DNA of 64,000 nucleotides from Coleofasciculus chthonoplastes F2-STO-03 (GTDB lineage Bacteria; Cyanobacteriota; Cyanobacteriia; Cyanobacteriales; Coleofasciculaceae), in contig JAVJWO010000047.1 of the NCBI GenBank assembly GCA_040222015.1, positions 96,001-160,000 of the forward strand, written 5' to 3'. The translations under genes and the position numbers were made by a program. This document shows positions 60,736 through 64,000 of the stretch, piece after piece (the first letter of the stretch is position 1; the number at the start of each line of letters is the position of its first letter). The notes beneath the pieces are model-generated. The model worked only from the letters and a program-made list of their open reading frames with translations, searched no databases and was not told where the DNA came from.

Positions 60736-62403
60736 ATGGAACAGGACGTTTTCCGCGAACTTGCTAACACGCTGCGATCGGCAATTGGTTTGCTGGATGG
60801 GGAACAGAACGCCCAACTCCGCCAAGACGCGATCGCACTCTGCGATTATCTGGAGAATCCAATTTTCCGTATCGCTGTTTTTGGTCCGTTTAATTACGGG
60901 AAATCGACTCTACTCAATGCTTTACTAGGGAAACGTACCCTACCCATCGATTTAATCCCCACCACAGGCGCGGCGATTCATATCCGCTACGGGAGTGAAT
61001 TACACACGCGCATTACCCTCTCCAATGGTCAACACATTAGCGAAAACGGTACCGATGTCCTGAAACAGTTTGCCATATTAGATGACCAACGGCGGATGCG
61101 GGAGGATGTCACTAATGTTGAGGTATTTTGTTCCCATCCTTTCCTGAAAACGGGCGTAGAATTGCTGGATTTACCGGGAACGGATGACCGCGAAGCCCAG
61201 GAAGCCTTAGTTCGCGACCAACTGCTCACCACTGATTTAATTGTTCAGGTGCTGGATGGTCGTAAGTTGATGACATTAGGGGAGCGAGAACACCTGAGAG
61301 ATTGGTTATTGGATCGGGGAATTACTACGGTTGTTTTTGTGGTGAATTTCCTGAATTTATTGGAACCCGACGAGCAGAAGCAAGTCTATAACCGTTTGCT
61401 GTTTGTGGCAGAAAGTTTCCGATCACAACTGCCGAATAATATCAGTAATATCTATCGCGTCGATGCTCTCCCCGCCTTACGCTATCGACTCAAAGGCGAT
61501 ACCGCTGCCGCCCAAACTACGGGGTTAGATATGCTGGAATCGGCGCTGCAAAGCATTGTCGCCACGCGCCATGAGAGCCTCGCATTCCGCTTTCCCCGTG
61601 TGCAGGCGATCGCGTCTCAAATCCAACAGGCTGCAACTGTGAAAGTGCAAGCCATTTCTGCTGAAATTACGGTAGCTCAACAAAAGCATCAAACGAAATT
61701 AGAGATTAAACAAAAAGCACAAAACTTAATTAAAAAAGGATTCGCCGCCAGTGTTTCTGATTTCCAAGGATGGCTGTATTTACCGAAACTTTTAGAACGC
61801 TATCAATCGGAACTGGTTTCGGCGCTACAACAGGGTACATTTAATCTGTGGGAACAAGGCGGTTTTAAAGAGGCGATTCAGGAGCATCAACAGGGAATTG
61901 TTAAATGGGTACATCAAGCGGGTGAATTTTTTGATCGCCAACCCCCTACAGATCTAACCATTCCCTTTCCCAAACCTCCAGAAGTCCAGCTTCCGGAACC
62001 CCCACCCCAAGCCAAGGGAACTAAGGGTGTTACCCCAGTGGCGATCGCGACGGGATTGGGTTGGGTATTTGGTGGACCCGTTGGCGCGGCGGTTGCGGGT
62101 GGGGCGACGTATTTGTTAAACAAAACTCCCAGGGATTCTGCACCGCCAAAGTCTCCGACGGCTTATGTCGAACAAGTAACTCAAGCGTACACCAATGCAG
62201 CGACAGAGTACCTAACTTGTTTTAGCCGCGAGGCGGTTTCTGCATTGGAAACTTATGAGAAATTGGCGGAAATGGTGATTAATGTTAATTTTACGAATGA
62301 ACCGTTAAAACTTACAATTGAGCATCATCAGTTACAGTTATTGCAAAATGTTTTAGAGAATTTGGAGCAAGAATTGGAGCGGGTGAAGTTAGCCCTGAAC
62401 TAA
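60736..62403 (+). CDS. Dynamin-family GTPase
   Basis: GPFNYGKST, PTT, DLPG; Gly-rich hydrophobic paddle. Confidence 0.88.
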   Translation: MEQDVFRELANTLRSAIGLLDGEQNAQLRQDAIALCDYLENPIFRIAVFGPFNYGKSTLLNALLGKRTLPIDLIPTTGAAIHIRYGSELHTRITLSNGQHISENGTDVLKQFAILDDQRRMREDVTNVEVFCSHPFLKTGVELLDLPGTDDREAQEALVRDQLLTTDLIVQVLDGRKLMTLGEREHLRDWLLDRGITTVVFVVNFLNLLEPDEQKQVYNRLLFVAESFRSQLPNNISNIYRVDALPALRYRLKGDTAAAQTTGLDMLESALQSIVATRHESLAFRFPRVQAIASQIQQAATVKVQAISAEITVAQQKHQTKLEIKQKAQNLIKKGFAASVSDFQGWLYLPKLLERYQSELVSALQQGTFNLWEQGGFKEAIQEHQQGIVKWVHQAGEFFDRQPPTDLTIPFPKPPEVQLPEPPPQAKGTKGVTPVAIATGLGWVFGGPVGAAVAGGATYLLNKTPRDSAPPKSPTAYVEQVTQAYTNAATEYLTCFSREAVSALETYEKLAEMVINVNFTNEPLKLTIEHHQLQLLQNVLENLEQELERVKLALN

Positions 62404-62525
62404 AGCCCTGAACTCAATTACTGGCTCAAAGCTAAAACCCGTTTAAACGGGTTCAAATCTTTTAATGTAGTAAGCTCGATTCTTACTTAAGCTTTAGGTT
62501 CCGGAAATTTATTTCCCGGCTACTA

Positions 62526-62714
62526 CTACTTTTGATAACGCCATTTTTGCGCCCGAAACACGCCCACTAATTTAATCCCACTCTCAATTTGAGCAAATCG
62601 CTCTTGTTTGACGGATCGCGCTGAACTCTCTTGCATGGAGGTTAAACTAAAACTCAGGAGTGCCAAGACTAATGCCGTGGCGGTTAAATTACACGTAAAT
62701 CTTATGTTAAACAT
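62526..62714 (-). CDS. Possible small secreted protein
   Basis: Signal-peptide-like hydrophobic N-terminus only. Confidence 0.35.
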   Translation of the reverse strand: MFNIRFTCNLTATALVLALLSFSLTSMQESSARSVKQERFAQIESGIKLVGVFRAQKWRYQK

Positions 62715-63012
62715 TGCCCTGAAATAACCTTACTCAATCACTGGCAAGACTCCAGTGGTAAACACTATATGACTTAGTGATGGAAAAAATTTCCAGCCTG
62801 AATATAATACCCAAAAGCATCACAATCAGAACAGATTCCATAACTAAATCTCCCGCTGTCGATACTTCAACAGTAGAAAAATATAGTTTTGTTTAGGAAA
62901 ATAATAGGTAACTCTTTTGATCGACTATTAAATAACCAATCCATCTCGCCTAATCTGTAGCTTTGGCAACATCTGGATATGTACAGTTTCCCAATTGGCA
63001 CGGCTACTATAT

Positions 63013-63053
63013 TTCCTGTTCCCTGTTCCCTGTTCCCTATTCCCTATTCCCTG
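63013..63053. repeat. Heptamer tandem repeat TTCCCT(G/A); also ~15352-15372, and GTCATTC repeats at ~17513-17540
   Basis: Read directly; typical cyanobacterial STRR. Confidence 0.85.
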
Positions 63054-63059
63054 TGGGGA

Positions 63060-63491
63060 TTAACTGATGTCCTTTCCGTACCTCGTAGTGCTATATAACC
63101 AATCAATCATCCCATCTGGCAAGATAATTTTAGTGCGAGTGTTCGTATCAATACAAACATGGCGAGTTAAGGCATCTGCTAGGTGTCGTTGCGGTGAATC
63201 AGCATCGATAACCTGATACTTAATTTCAAACTTGCTATCACTTAACCGTTGAGGTATCCCATCAATCAGCAGCTTGTCCCCACAAAACATGGGCTGAAAA
63301 AAGTCTACACGACTGTGGATAATTGGCACAGCCACAGCAGCGTGGCTAAAAAATGTCTTGAGATTAATACCCACCTTGGCTAGAGAATCTTCATAGGCTT
63401 CGTGACACATCGCCAAAACATTGGCAAAGTAAACGACGCCAGCAGCATCGGTATCTTGAAAGCGGACGGTGCGGTTATAGGTAAAGGACAT
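63060..63491 (-). CDS. Hotdog thioesterase, probable 1,4-dihydroxy-2-naphthoyl-CoA hydrolase
   Basis: RTVRFQDTDAAGVVYF, CHEAYE. Confidence 0.85.
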   Translation of the reverse strand: MSFTYNRTVRFQDTDAAGVVYFANVLAMCHEAYEDSLAKVGINLKTFFSHAAVAVPIIHSRVDFFQPMFCGDKLLIDGIPQRLSDSKFEIKYQVIDADSPQRHLADALTRHVCIDTNTRTKIILPDGMIDWLYSTTRYGKDIS

Positions 63492-63634
63492 ACAGTGAAC
63501 TACCGCGACTACGTTAAGGCTGGTGGGTTTCGACTTCGCTCAACCCACCCTACGGTATATCATGAATTTTGGTGATCAAAAAAAGTAGGGGTTTGGGAAC
63601 CAAATCCCTACTCTCAGTGGGTTGACTGTTCTCT

Positions 63635-64000
63635 TCACTTAGAATTTCCCAATGGCGGTTGACTTGGACGCCGCCGCTTTTTTTCGCGCCGTTGTTTCCA
63701 GTGCCGAATGGCAATCGCCTCTTTTGCGGCGGGAGTGCGATAACCCTTGCGGCTACTTTCATCTTGATTGGCTGATTTGTCAGTCATCGGGTGGGGTTGT
63801 TTGACTAAATACTGCGCCAGATCATCGTAGGGTGATTTAAAATTCAGGTCTTGCAGAATGTGCCGAACTGAATGATAACGATTCGTCAGCGATACATTCG
63901 TCATTTTCCGCAGCACTTGCGTAAATGGCTGACTGATATGAACTAAGCGTTCCCAGTATAAGGCACCGGTTTGGCGATCGCTCTCCAAATCCATAGGCGC
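63635..64000 (-). CDS. C-terminal end of a Ser/Thr protein kinase (5' part outside window)
   Basis: TGALYWERLVHISQPFTQVLRKM...NRYHS resembles the end of cyanobacterial kinase domains; frame open to the window edge. Confidence 0.6.
   Translation of the reverse strand, partial: APMDLESDRQTGALYWERLVHISQPFTQVLRKMTNVSLTNRYHSVRHILQDLNFKSPYDDLAQYLVKQPHPMTDKSANQDESSRKGYRTPAAKEAIAIRHWKQRREKKRRRPSQPPLGNSK

Larger units (their letters stand above)
1..64000. repeat. HIP1 octamer GCGATCGC dispersed through the window
   Basis: Many copies (e.g. 370, 2245, 2450, 36600); none seen by eye in 20280-22162, 32368-36418 or 53747-56013. Confidence 0.9.

Noticed and set aside
2179..63762. Numerous 60-110 aa antisense or alternate-frame ORFs in the track
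   Set aside because: They lie within well-supported genes and show no independent coding signal.

Overview
64 kb of a filamentous cyanobacterial chromosome. The assignment is inferred from frequent HIP1 GCGATCGC octamers, ycf34, an hpsE-like gene, Uma2 nucleases and 7/9-mer tandem repeats; it looks Oscillatoriales/Coleofasciculus-like. Contents in order: an exopolysaccharide region (Alg8-like synthase, GT2/GT4s, sulfotransferase, PL14-like lyase) interrupted by a small duplicated variable locus; housekeeping genes (lepA, rph, adk-like, map, tRNA nucleotidyltransferase, DHNA-CoA thioesterase); signalling genes; and many REP/MITE-like repeats. Two candidate systems stand out. (1) A pyrimidine-nucleotide operon at 20280-23655: an MtrA-like/ThyA/DUF4346 fusion, a dCMP deaminase, a degenerate dCTP-deaminase-fold protein with coiled coil and 2 TM helices, and a DNPH1/NDT-like hydrolase. 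It may be a nucleotide-signalling anti-phage module. (2) A BcgI-like restriction-modification pair at 32368-36418 whose specificity subunit ends in an antitoxin-like domain translationally coupled to a PIN toxin, a possible RM guard. No rRNA, tRNA, CRISPR array, reverse transcriptase or transposase was recognised. All family calls come from motif recognition by eye, not from database searches.
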